This document shows positions 26,137 to 38,330 of a stretch of 64,000 bases of DNA, in pieces; the first letter of the stretch is position 1; every line of letters starts with the position of its first letter. The DNA is from Vicugna vicugna (taxonomy: Eukaryota): the NCBI GenBank assembly GCA_013265495.1, contig MU062090.1, positions 3,845,679-3,909,678 on the forward strand. The letters run 5' to 3'. The notes under the pieces were generated by a model. The model saw only the letters and a list, made by a program, of their open reading frames with translations, ran no database searches and was not told the origin of the DNA. Made by a program: the position numbers and the translations under genes.

Positions 26137-27338
26137 TTACCCAGGAAAGAGGAATGCTGAAAATTTAACTCCTTGAGCTTTCACCGAGGCATCTAAATTG
26201 AGACGAGAGATAAAATTGCCACAAGATTGAGCCCCAAAGAGCAAAGTGAGATGATAACGTGAGATGGATTAGTCAGAAGAAGAGAGGAAAGTTTTTGGAA
26301 TTCTCAGAAAGACACTTCATTTGATACATGGTTTTACATGCAGCCCTTAAAATTGATTTTCTTCAAGACTGGTTTGTCCCTTTTAACCATATGTAAGCTT
26401 TTTGAAGATAGGAATTTAAGGAATGAGATTGAGTCTACTAGCCAAGTGTATTACTTTCAATATTTTTCCTTAAAATGTTATTTATTTATTTACTGTCTAT
26501 TTCTCCAGAAGAAGTAAGCTTCACTAAGTTCCCAGAATTTAACACAGTAACACGCACATAATAGGGGCATGTCATATAGAGCTACTAAACAATAAATAAG
26601 TGAATAAAGGCTGGACAAGAGACGCTTTATGTAAAGTTCTAGTGGCATATGAAGACATCGTATGGGACTAACATATAGTTCCTTTTTAAAGGCAAGAACT
26701 TTGGTTCACACAAAGTCAAATGACCACCATCATTGCATCATCAGTATCACTCTTATGGTTGGTGTAACCATATGCACAGGAGCAAACAGTATAGACTAAA
26801 ATGAGACTTGGAGTTGTTCACTGAGAGCTAAGCAGTTTGGCATTGCTTTGAAAGGGTCAGGGATTCATCATATTTTATTTCAAACTGAGTGGCCCAAATT
26901 CTCACCTCTATACCTCCATCCACAGTCATGGCTGCCGTATGATGAATGCCTAATTCACATCTTTAGATTTGTTTTGTAAAGCTCTTGGGTCTGTTTCAGT
27001 ACCACTGAACTCAGTGCATGTCATTCTTTTAAAAGCATTTAATGGAAGATTTCTCATTCAGAGCAGAATCTTTGTCCATTGAAGACTAATTGCTTTAGTG
27101 GTGTTTTGAGACATTAAATAGTTTCATTTGGGGGAGAATAAAAAGTTTCATCAACTAGCAATAAAATCAGAACTCGTTATATCAACTATAGAGTGAATTC
27201 CTGTCAGTGTCCAAGTCAGAGGCTTAGGTGATTATTACATGTTTCAGATTTGGGTGTACATGTTTGCCCTCAGATGGAAAGATCTCACAGTCACACAGGA
27301 TTCTCACATTCACATGCTTAAAAACATTCTGGCTATAC

Positions 27339-27467
27339 CTTTTTCACATTGGCTGCCATGGAAACCAGCTAGGCAAATGCACTGTCCACTTGCTGCATCA
27401 CAATTGGCTCCATTTTTGCAGTCTCAGATGTGAGCACAGTTCAAACCATAAAATCCAGGAAGGCATG
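27339..27467 (-). pseudogene. EGFEM1: EGF-repeat exon with a premature stop, 129 bp: CLPGFYGLNCAHI*DCKNGANCDAASGQCICLAGFHGSQCEK
   Basis: tag|CA acceptor at 27469-27468, G|gtatag donor at 27338-27337. TGA at 27426-27424 occupies the third Cys position. Confidence 0.92.
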
Positions 27468-28829
27468 CTAGAAAATGGAAATGTCAAAATGCTATTTCAG
27501 CTCTAAGAATAAATAAGGGGAAAATTAGAGGATATGTTCTAGGTCATTTGTTTCCCAGGACCAAGAAGGAGATGGGAGCAGAGAATTGGAAGGCAAGGAA
27601 AAATTTCATGGAGAGGCATGTTGCTAGTATTTCAGTCATACAGATAAGTGACTATTTAAGTGCCATTCCCCACAATGAGTCTAGAAAGGTCCAGAAGAAA
27701 ATTTAAAATATCTTCAAGTAGATCAAATTTATTTGCTATGATGTGCTATAGTCTGACAAACACTTCACCAAAACTGTCTAATAACCTAAACGCCTAAAAG
27801 AACCATGTTTTCAAACTTCATATGCAGGCGAAATTTAGTGAGAATTTAAAACTCTTTAAATAAATAAGATAGTGTCTGGGGGAGGTGATTCATACAGCTG
27901 TTGATATTTGAAATTCTATAAGTGGATGACAGAAGCGGGTGTGATGGGGGCAGGTAGGGGGAGAAAGAAGGAGAAAGGGAGAAGAAAACAGAGAAAATAT
28001 GATGCATACACAGTAGGTTCACATCTTATGAAGCAGTTACATTTTAAAGTCAGTGAAATTTAATCTTTGGAAAATTTCCTAAATAGCCCATAGAGTACAA
28101 AAGAGAACTAGTTCTTAGTAAGTCCAGTGTGACCTGTCTTTCCTACACAGTTGGAGAAGATCAATACTTTTGTGGCTGAACATCAGAAGTAATCGGTTTA
28201 GATTTAGGGACCATGTGGTCCAAGCAAATGCATTTCTTCAAATGCTCAAATTGTCCTCTGCCCAGGGGATGCTCGCCTGAGGGAGGTACATGAGAGCCAC
28301 ATTTGACTGCAGACCAAGGATTCCCATTTCCTACCTTGAGTTTTCTCTGGGGTTGTGCTCACCACCCCCCAGCGGGACTAGAAGGGGCACACAGTTTCCT
28401 CACCCTTCAATTATCCTCTCTCTCTTGCTCTCTTTTTCTCTCTCTGTCCCCCGACCCCCCTTCCCCAGCACCTAGAGTTGGTTTTGCCGAGGCTTCACGT
28501 GGGTGACAGTTCTTCAGCATGAATGGAGCTACTCAGGACAGATCCAACATTCAGAAAAACAGAGAGTGGAAAAAGGAAGCCAAACCAAAACCAGATAAGG
28601 AATGAATGATTTTATATAGTATACACTCTTCCATTTTCTAATCTTATTTACTCTTACAAAATGAATAATAAAGAAAGATCCAGTGCAGGGTTTCTTCTGT
28701 TTGTTCTTGTACAATAGTTGTTGACAATACATTAAAAAGTCATATCTCCTTTATCTCCCTTATTTTAATTGTATATAAAACTGAGCTCATAAAGGTTGGC
28801 TTGCTTGACTTTTTCATTTGTCTAAATAA

Positions 28830-29150
28830 TTCTCCCAGGTTGCTTGGCTTAGAACCTTGGAGTTAATTTTGATTCCTACATCATCCTCAGCTACGTGTCC
28901 AAATCAATTGTCAAATACAGTCAATTGTTTTTCCAAAATATTCTTCTGTTCATTCATTTCCATTTTGATCCCAGGATAGATTTTCGAAATCCCAGACTAT
29001 CACTGCAGTTTCCTACATGGACACTACTAGTAGCTCCTTTTCCTCACAATTAATAATATCCCCATGTTACATGTTTATTTCACCAGAGTGATGTCCCTTG
29101 TCTGCTCAAAATCTTCCTTGATATTCCACTGCATGTAGGATAAAATTTAT
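28830..29150 (+). mobile_element. L2 fragment
   Basis: aaccttggagttaatttttgattcc..caaatcaattgtcaaat..ctgctcaaaatcttcc..ggataaaat. Confidence 0.55.
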
Positions 29151-29497
29151 GGACCTTGAGTAGATATTTTTCCTTCTTTTGTATCTCTTACTCTAAGTTT
29201 GAAAACAAAACAAACAAAAACTACAAGACATTTGCTTCTACATTCTCTAATCCAAGAAACATCAGTGTGGTTGGCAAGAGAGCTAAACCTCGAAAGGCTT
29301 AGTAGGATTTGACAGTTGTCAACATCTAAAACTTAAATTAGAGCTTTGAAGTATGTTGCAGAAATATATATTAAAATGTTAGCGGTTTATCTAACTTGAT
29401 ATAATGGGAATGCATTACTTTCATGATTTAAAAAAACAGTTTTCAAAGCTTAAAACTTAACAGCACCACAACATGCACATTCATTTTCTTGGTTTAC

Positions 29498-29626
29498 CAT
29501 GTTCACAGTTTCTTCCATAATAACCTGGGAGGCACTCACAGCTTCCAGAAATCCTGTTGCAAATCCCTTTGTTCTGACACGTGCAATTAAAATGGCAGCC
29601 TGGACCATAATAACCAGGAAGACATA
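29498..29626 (-). CDS. EGFEM1: EGF-repeat exon, 129 bp, internally open: CLPGYYGPGCHFNCTCQNKGICNRISGSCECLPGYYGRNCEH
   Basis: cag|TA acceptor at 29628-29627, G|gtaaac donor at 29497-29496, 8 Cys. The supplied ORF track shows this region in a different frame. Confidence 0.92.
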
Positions 29627-29699
29627 CTGAAAAAGGACCCACCCAAGCAATAATTGAGTTTGTAACGAGTTTGAAGACAGAAAAAAACAGTAGAATTAA

Positions 29700-31900
29700 T
29701 TTAAAAAAATAAAGGCAGACAAATCATTAGCCAACAAAAGCAAGGTAAAAAGAGAGAAGGCACCAATATACCCAATTTTTAAAAAATATGGAATGATTAT
29801 CAAAATGAATAAATATAAAAGTATAATACAAATAAATATAAAAATGTAAATGAAATGGAAAAGTTATAGAAGACAATTTACCAAAATGGTCCTAATTTGA
29901 GGCAGAAAACCTCAACAGGCTAATTGTAATAGAAAAACAATAGAGCAAATAGTAAAATAGTCCAATTAAAAAAAAGCCCCAGCAATCCTAGGCTTCAAGG
30001 AGAAATTCTGTAACCTTTACAGTTCAGATAATCACCTTACCGCTTACGCTGTTCCAGAGTATTGACAAGGAAAGAAAATTTCAAATACATTTTATTAAGT
30101 GAGTTTAACATCAATTCCAAAGCCTGAAAAAATGTGTAAAAACCTACATCTCAATTTTACTTATGGATTATCAATGCCACATTTATAAAAAACATAAGTA
30201 CACTGAAATCAACAGCATAATTTTTAGTAACACAGCACAACTAAGTAGTATTTATTCTAAGAACGTAAGGTCTTGCAATAATATAAAAATTCATTGATAA
30301 ATCCATCATATTTATTGGTCTGAAGAGAAAAATCATATTATTAATTTCATAAATGTAGAAGATACATTTGAACAATAATGTCATTAAAAATTGAGTAAAA
30401 GCATTGAATAAATTGAAAAATTAATAGCTATATCATTAAAATCCAGTGTTTTACTTATTGGAGAACAAAAAGCTTGAAAAACAATAGAGCAAATAGTAAA
30501 ATTTTTCCATCTGGAAAAATAGACCATATTTATTCTTGAATAAGATGAGCTAATATCATAAATATACTAATTCTACCTAAAGGAGTAAACACAGGGGACA
30601 ACAAAACAGTAAAAATCAAAAAACAAACAAACAAAAAACCTGACTTTTTTTTTTGCACCTAGACAATCTGATTATAAATTTCATTTGGGACAAATAAATA
30701 AGAATAGTACCAGGAAACCCCTGAAAAAGAAGAGCAGTGAAAGGTGGCTAGCCCTGTCAGTTTCAAATATATATAATAAAAGACTTCATATTAAAAATAG
30801 TATTGCATTTGCACAGAAATAGACAGATCAATAGAACAGAGCATCCAGAACCATACTCAACTGCATGTAAATGTTTAGTATCTGACGGATCCTGCATCTC
30901 AAATCAGTGGGGAACACAGACGTGTAAAAGCTGCATTATGATAACTGAAAAGCCATGCAAGGGGAAAATGGATCTATTCCTCACACCACATGCCAGGAAA
31001 AATATTTAAAATTGATCAGAGAATTGAATGTCAAAAATGGTGTCATACAAGTGTTAAAAGAAAACATGGTTGAATTCCTCTAAAGCCTGAGAATGGGGAA
31101 TACATTTCTACTTATAACTCAAAAAATAGAGGGAAGAAAGATATATTTTATGACAAAAAGAAAAAATCTTCTGAATCACGCAGAATCTGTAATCCAAGAT
31201 GCTCTTAATGAAGAACATGTTCTAAGATGATTCACACCCTTGTGTTATCTTCTCCCTGGTGGAATCCGAGCTGAATCCACGACGGGCTAGAACCAATAGA
31301 ATGTGGTGGCAGTGATATTACATCACTTCCCTATCTTAAGGAGGCCTGACAACTTCTGTTTTAAGAGGCCAGCTGTCATGTAAGAAACCCAATTATCCAG
31401 TTGGAGAAAAAAAGCCACGCAGAAATGGTAATGGTCAAGATGTTGGGGTAGAAAGACCCTGAGTTCATCTCCTTCCATGGGCACACCAAAATTACAACTA
31501 TTTACAGTGTAAATAGACAATTAATAGAAAAAGAAATGCAAAAAGTCCTTACCCATTAGAGAAGATGCTGAACATTATTTATAATAATAAAAATGAAAAT
31601 TAGAACTCCACTAATACATTTCTCACCCAAATTTTGATAACATACTCTTTTGATAACCCTGCAAGGAAACGGGCATCCTATGTAAAGCTTATGAGGCTGC
31701 AATATGGGACAACCCCCCATGGAAGAGAATTTGTCAATCAGTTGCAAAATTACATTTGTCTTTACCTATGACTCAGTAACTCTTGTATGTTTGAAAAGTT
31801 CCATAATAAAAAGTTTAAATGATAGAGTCAAAAGTTAAAATGTCCCACATCCCAAAATGATAGAGACTTATCCAACTTAAAGTTAAAAACAAAACCAGTG
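29700..31900 (+). mobile_element. Decayed, internally deleted L1M ORF2/3' region with nested fragments
   Basis: A-rich sequence with L1 ORF2-like segments (acagaaatagacagatcaatagaacaga..; ggatctattcctcacaccacatgcc..; ctgagaatggggaatacatttcta). Confidence 0.7.
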
Positions 31901-33086
31901 TGAACACATCTATTCCAAACATACTGCCATTCTTCTCATTTTGTAGTCCCAAATGTCACAAAATTGATAGGAGCTGGCTCCCATGAATTAGGGAGGGTAT
32001 CCACACTTGAAAAACATTCCATGAAAAAATGGTCTTAAATGTTAGATTTAGAAGAGATGTCATTCCAAAGTGCCATCATCCTGACTTTCAGGCGGGAAAA
32101 TCATGGAACGGTTGTGAATTAACAGAAGCACAGAGGATGGTATCAGCGGAGCGAGGCTTGGCATACGGGGCCATCTGCTCCCCCTGCAAGGGGCTTTCAT
32201 CTGTGCTGACTTTCGTGACAGTCAGATTAATGGTGAAGGACGGGGGTAATCACACCCATGTGGGAGCAGGTCAGGGCGGCAAGCCTGAAGAGCCAGAGCC
32301 CCCAGAGTTGGAACCATCTAGGTAGAAGTTCACTGTGGATTATTTTTCACTCAGGGTGCCCCAAGTTTAGGCCCCAACACGGTGTTCTCACCCACGCTCT
32401 CCCTCACTGCCCTTTCTGGCTTCTTTGGCCAAAATACAACACTATCTCCTGCAATAGTGTACTCTAATTAGGATGCACGCTTTCCAGTGTGGTACAAAAT
32501 AATCTATCATGGTTCCAAAAGGAAGCAGTAGAACAGCTTTCAGTATTTATCTTTATATATTCTTTATCACCTTAAACCTTTATAATACACATATGAATGG
32601 AGAAACACAGGAATGTCACTTTTAATACAAATACATTTATGACAGAGTGTGATTAAATTTTTCCCAAGGAGGTGGAGTTTGGAGACCTCTGCTCCCAAAG
32701 TCCTCCTCTCCACCCTCTGTAGCTGGGCCCAAGCTCCCGGTGAACTGGCTCTGCCCAGGGCCCTGCATCCTCCACCCTGCCCTCCTCAAGCATTGGCTGG
32801 AGGGGGAGTGGGACTGAGCTCTCAAAGGAGCTCTTTCATATTAATACTATTTCAATTACTTAAGAGTTTTAAGAGTTTTCATGTGGTATTCTGGTAACAA
32901 GGTAACAAAATCAATCAATCAATAATAACATAACACTATTTTTACTGGAAATGCAATCATAGTTACAAACAACTTGCGTAGACTTATTGGAAAATAGCCT
33001 CTTCGCAGGCCTCTTCTATATTTTATCAACCATCGGCAGTCTGCTGTAGATCTGTGCTGAATGAAAGAAGGTAATCATCAACTTAC

Positions 33087-33198
33087 CTTTGTCACAATCA
33101 TCTCCTGTCCATCCAGGGGCACAGTGGCAGCTTCCATCCACAGGATTGCAAAGGCCACCAGTTTTACAAGTACATTTTAACTTACAACTGGGGGCATC
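33087..33198 (-). pseudogene. EGFEM1: Frameshifted EGF-repeat exon, 112 bp (17 bp short of 129); the downstream frame reads SCKLKCTCKTGGLCNPVDGSCHCAPGWTGDDCDK
   Basis: cag|GA TGC CCC CAG TTG TAA gives a stop at 33184-33182 in the incoming frame. The EGF pattern resumes in a shifted frame. G|gtaagt donor at 33086-33085. Confidence 0.9.
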
Positions 33199-33739
33199 CT
33201 GTAGTAAAAATAAAAAATAACAAGCTGCATAAAAATGTCCCATAAGCAAACGTTTTTCTCTGTCTCAGGGACAGTAATCATTTCTACATAGCAAAAACAT
33301 TGTTTTTAATGTTCAAATTAAAACAAATTAACCCATCAGCTGTATCCTTCACGTGGTAGCACGTCACTGTCATTCATTCATGTTTTCATTCACTCCTATA
33401 ATATTGACCAAGCTCATAACTATGTACTCTGGGAACTGGAGATGCCCTATAGACAAACAGAGGTCAATCCCAGATTGGCAGTGGGAAATTTTATGTATTT
33501 AATCTCATAATCAATAAAGAAGACAGATGAGTCATTTGCTTCTTCATGTCTCTGTGCTGTAATCCGAAAAACACTTCAGCACAGAGTAGTGGGTGACACA
33601 AACAAAAATGCACTAGCAAGAGGAGCTAAGCTACCAGTGAGAGAAGCTGACCAGACGTAATGGAAACTGAGCCTTCATTGTCACGGAGGAATAACTGAAT
33701 GACAGGACGTACCAATGGGACAGTAACCATTACTTACTT

Positions 33740-33955
33740 GGTTTTGCCATGAAAAATATGGGCCTGATATAGCCAGCTAATATGATTTTTTTTTCAGGAA
33801 AACTCAAAATCCATATTTTATATGAAATCATCCAATATTTGAAAGCTGGCAACTAATTAAAATTGTTTTATGGCACTGTGGAAGCCAAAATTATGTCAGC
33901 CAAACCAAACACATTTGCGGCTAGATTTGGCCAAAGGCCTGCCATTTATATCCTC
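33740..33955. mobile_element. hAT-Charlie (MER58/MER45-like) fragment
   Basis: ttttatatgaaatc..aaagctggcaactaatt..gcggctagatttggcc..ggcctgcc terminal-type motif. Confidence 0.5.
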
Positions 33956-34745
33956 CAGTTTATAGTATTTTTACATAATGATATTTTCCACATGAATTAT
34001 CTCATTTAATGCTTACACATATTTCTCTGATGTGGGTAACAGTATTCTTATTTTACACTTGAGAAAACTGAAGCTGAGGAACTGAAGTCTTGCTCAGGCT
34101 TAAGCAGCCAGTAAAGATAACCAAGATTCAGATCTAGAGCTTCTGACTTCTCATCACCTATTCTTTCTATTTAAGCTAGCAGGAGAGACATTAGAGAAAG
34201 AAACACAATTTAGCTTGCCCCAGAGCATTTGGTTAATATAGAACAGAGCACGTACTTGGATTTAATTTGCATGACGCTTTCTTTCTTGTCTTTATTTAAC
34301 TAAATAGGTGTGCTTAACTTTAGTATCAAGTGAAAGAAGCATTTTGAGTTCGTTTAGCTAAAAAAATACAGTATGGCTGTACAGTTAATGGCTGAATCGT
34401 CATCATATATGCTTTTGGTTTTTTGCCTTTAAGGCAAATTAAACAGGATCAATGATACTAAGTCTTATACCATTAAAATAAAATTTCTTTTTCTCTCCTT
34501 CACCTTTCTAAAACAGCCTAACCAGCCAAGAGGCCTGTTCATTTTCCAACCTGAATGCGGAAATGCATTGTTGAAGCTGCTGAATCTATGAAAGTATGGG
34601 ACTTCAAGATAAGACTTTGGACAAAAAAAAATAACTGGAAAAGTGAGGAGCACTTAGAAATGTTTCTTTCCACAGGTCTAAGTCTCAGAAAAAATATTCA
34701 CACAGAATTGTGCAAATAACTTTACTGCTTTCTGAAAGTTATTGT

Positions 34746-34848
34746 TGGGATGGGGGTGGGTAATAGCTCAGTGGTAGAGCATACGCTTAGCATGCAGGAG
34801 GTCCTGGGTTCAATCCCCGATGACTCCATTTAAAAAAAAAAACTTTAA
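34746..34848 (+). mobile_element. tRNA-Ala(AGC)-derived SINE, camelid Vic-1 type
   Basis: GGGGTGGGTAATAGCTCAGTGGTAGAGC..CTTAGCATG..GGTTCAATCCCC with A and B boxes, a poly(A) tail, and an 11-bp TSD AAAGTTATTGT at 34735-34745 and 34849-34859. Confidence 0.88.
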
Positions 34849-35229
34849 AAAGTTATTGTAATTACATGTTAAATATTTCAAACAGTATATAAAGGTATAT
34901 TATGGAAAAAAGTTCCATCCTTGTGCCCTGGTCTTCCAGTGTTCCTTCAAAAAAAAAATCATTGTTATCAGCTTTTTTCTGTATCATAGGCCTCACTTCT
35001 TTCAAAGAGAATTAATTACGCTGACCACTTGATTTAAAATTTCAACCCACCTGGCACTCTCAAGCCCCATCTCGTGCTCTTTTTCTCCCTCTTACCATAG
35101 ATTTTATTCCCTGTTAACATACATATAATTGACTTATTAATTATGAAAACGGGCACTGTTGGATATTGATGCCATGACTGCTGCGTTATTTTTGCTCCAT
35201 GTGCTTGGTGTGTCTGTCCCCATTTATTT

Positions 35230-38200
35230 AGCTTCATTTTATTCTGGACGCTGTTTTTCCTAGGCTAAGGTGGGTGTTATTTCTCTCTTGCTGTTTTCAA
35301 GATTTTTTTCTTTTTTCAGAATTCCAAAGTTTGATGTTGATATGTCTTCTGTGGATTTCTTTCGGTTGATCCTGTTCGGCATTCACACAGATTTTTCAAT
35401 TTGTATGTTTACAGATTTTTTTGGTCATCTTTAGGACATTTTTAGCCGTCATTCCCTTGACTTCTTTTTCAGTATTGCCCCCTTACATCTCCACCTGGAC
35501 TCTGATGACACAAATGCTCGAGCTCTTCTTCAGTCCTGCAGACCCCCAAGCTCTGTTCTTCTTCTTATTATTATTTCTTTCGTCATTTTCATTTCCCTCT
35601 CTGCTGTTTTGATTCGGTAATATCTGTTTCATCTTTGAGTTCACTGATGTGTTCCTCTGTCCTCTCCATTCTGCTGTTAAGCCCAAACATTGAGTTTTGT
35701 TTAAAGTTTTGGTTTTTGTATTTTCCAGTTCTAAAATTTCTCCTTGGTCCTTCTACATGTCTCTTATTCTTTGCTGAACCTTCCTATTTAACGAAAAAAT
35801 TGCTTTAGGTATGTTCAGAGCTGCTCACTGAATTGTTTTTATGATGGCTTCTTTAAAATTCTTATCAATTAGTTTTAACATCAGTGTCATCTGAGTGTTG
35901 GTGTCTGTTGATTATCTTTTTCTTATTCAAGTTGGAATTTTCCTGGTTGTTGACAGAGTGAATAAGTTTGGAATGGACCTGGACATTCTGAGTATTATGG
36001 TATGAGACTCTGGATCTTGTTTAAATCTTCTGTTTTAGCAAGTCTCTTACGATAGTACACTGGCAAGGAAAGAGGTCCATCTGTTAGAGGCTGAAGTCCA
36101 AGTTCCCCACACAGTCTCCAAGGGGGAGCAAGGGTAAGTGTGTTTCGTCTCTGCTGGGCCAGGGCCCGAGCCCAGGCTCCCCACGAGGCCTCTGCTGACA
36201 CTCCCTGAAGGGTAGAAGGGCCGCCTTATGGCTGCCACTCGACTTCCATGGACGCTGGTGGCCTTGCTGCTGCTTGGTGGCTGTGAGTCCTGACTGTCCC
36301 CGCAACCTCCTCGGACACCATGCTAGCATGGAGCAGTGTGGGCTCCCTACCATCTGGTAGAGGCAGAGGGTCGTGCCTTCCACGTGGTTTCCACTGTCAC
36401 TGCCATGGTGGCGGGTACATGCCCACCTGGCAGGGATGGAAGTCCCAGCTCCACCAGGCCTGCTCTCACTCCATCCTGGTGCAGGGCGCGGGGCCCTCAT
36501 ACACCCCAGTGGCATCTGAAGGGTAGAATCCTCACTTGGCCTTTGCTAATGGAGCTGGGGTGGAGGAAACGGTTTTAGTCTGTTTGCTGGGAATAGACCC
36601 GTTATTGTCTAAGAGTTTCCTGTCTTGCTTGGCTGCCCTTTTCCTGATATTTTAACTAGAGAAAGCAAGCTGACCTTGGACCTTTTTCTATCTGCACCCA
36701 TTGACCCTTCTGGGTTACAGCCTCTCTGGCACCCAGTCCAGAGTATGAGACAAGAAAGGAAACTCAGCGAACTCATCATCATGCTGACCCTAGGTCCCCA
36801 GAATTGTAGCAGGTCTGCTGTCTTCTCTCCACACTTCAGAGTTCATATGTTTTCAATATAGTGTCTAGAATTTTTACTGTGTTTAGAGAAAGGAATAAGA
36901 AAATGGGTGTGTACTCCAGTTTTTCTAAGTGCAAGTCTTATAATTTTATGTAATCTTGAGACTCTTCTTTAGACAGTACATTAATATAATGAATTTATTT
37001 GTTTAGTATCTGTTGACTCACCAGTATGAGTGGTGATGGAATTAATATGCTTCTGCTTTCTCCAAATTTTTCTTATTCCTCTTTTCCCCTGATTTTACTG
37101 GGCTGTATTTTTTATTCTTACATTTTCAATGACAGCATTCTGAATTCCAGCATTTATCTTTATACACTTAAGCCTACTTACTGAGTTGCCACATTTAAAC
37201 AGTATGTTTTGACACAGATTTGTCCCTCCCATCCCACAAACTGTAATAAAGAAATAAGAAGATCCACATACTTCAACTCATCTACCTTCTCTTCCCTTTC
37301 AGCTTATGCTCATGATGCTAAAACCTCAATGTTGTTATACTGTAAAATGCTTATATATTTATATAATACCAGGTAACCATAATTCTTATATTTGTTTTAA
37401 ACTCAGCCTCAATTAAACTAGATTTAAGTCACTAAACCTCTTTTTACCAGAGATTTTTCATTTTTTTCATTTGGTTGTTCAATTTATCTTCCAATGGTTT
37501 CTTCAAAACATTTTATGACTACTGTATTCCCAGCAGCTTTTGATAATGAAATGTTATTGTTTATTTTCCATCATGTTCTACTCGAATAACAGTTTAACTG
37601 TATATAAAATACTTGAGTCATAGCTCTTCCCTAGAACTTTGTAGGCTTTGATAGCCATAGGCTAGCAATCAATACTGCTGTGAGGTATCAGGCCAGACTG
37701 ACTTTCCCCGTCTCTTCATACGAGATCTCATGTTTTTTCTTAAAATCGCAATAGAGTTTCTCCTCGCTTACGATCAATCCTAACTAGTATTTTTAGGGAT
37801 AGAAATGTACTCTATCAATCTATAGCATCAGATCTTCTTTCATTTTGGGGGAAAAAAAACCTTGATTACATTTTAATATTTTCTTTTCCATTTATATATT
37901 TGTCTATTTTTTTCCATTTCATTGTTCTCACTTTCTTGAAATTTATTCTCCATGTACATGGCTGTCACATCAGCAGATTCCACTCTCCTATTACCTGCGT
38001 TCAATGTGGTCTACATTTATATGATGTGAGGTTTAATTTTCATTTCCACTTCTTTCTGAGCTCTGCCAGATTACTTTTTCATTTCCCTTTGTTGTCTTTT
38101 CATTTATTCCATGAACCCTTGTATCTCTCCATTGCACTGGCAATTTATAGAGAACACTTTTTCATTAGGTCCTTCAAATGCTTGGAAGAAATTCTTGTTA

Positions 38201-38330
38201 ATATTTTCATGAGCTCCATAACAAAACTTCTCTGCTCTCCATTCCTCTGCTTTTTGTTTGCTACTATATCCTTCTTACAGAATTTGCACTGAAAAAGCTT
38301 TGAATGGTTTTATATTTTGTCTCCAAGGTG
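35230..38330 (-). mobile_element. Old L1M ORF1/5' region fragments, probably two elements; the GC-rich block at 36000-36700 is a likely 5' UTR remnant
   Basis: T-rich reverse ORF1-like text (ctgttaagccca..ttccagttctaaaatttctccttggtccttc) flanking the GC-rich block. Confidence 0.6.

Noticed and set aside
27424-27426. TGA at a Cys position read as selenocysteine
   Set aside because: No EGF-repeat selenoprotein of this family is known to me, I recognised no SECIS in the putative 3' UTR, and upstream stop and frameshift lesions point to simple decay.
32385-32397. 13-nt match on the minus strand to my recollection of miR-551b-5p, the miRNA hosted in EGFEM1
   Set aside because: No hairpin and no 3p arm nearby; the match is compatible with chance, and the miRNA is expected further 5' in the gene.
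34746-34830. Functional tRNA-Ala gene
   Set aside because: Extra 5' bases, an imperfect acceptor stem, a poly(A) tail and a TSD indicate a retroposed SINE.
36084-36515. 143-aa ORF and overlapping ORFs in the GC-rich block
   Set aside because: They lie in a probable L1 5' UTR remnant; GC-rich DNA has few stops, and there is no recognisable domain.
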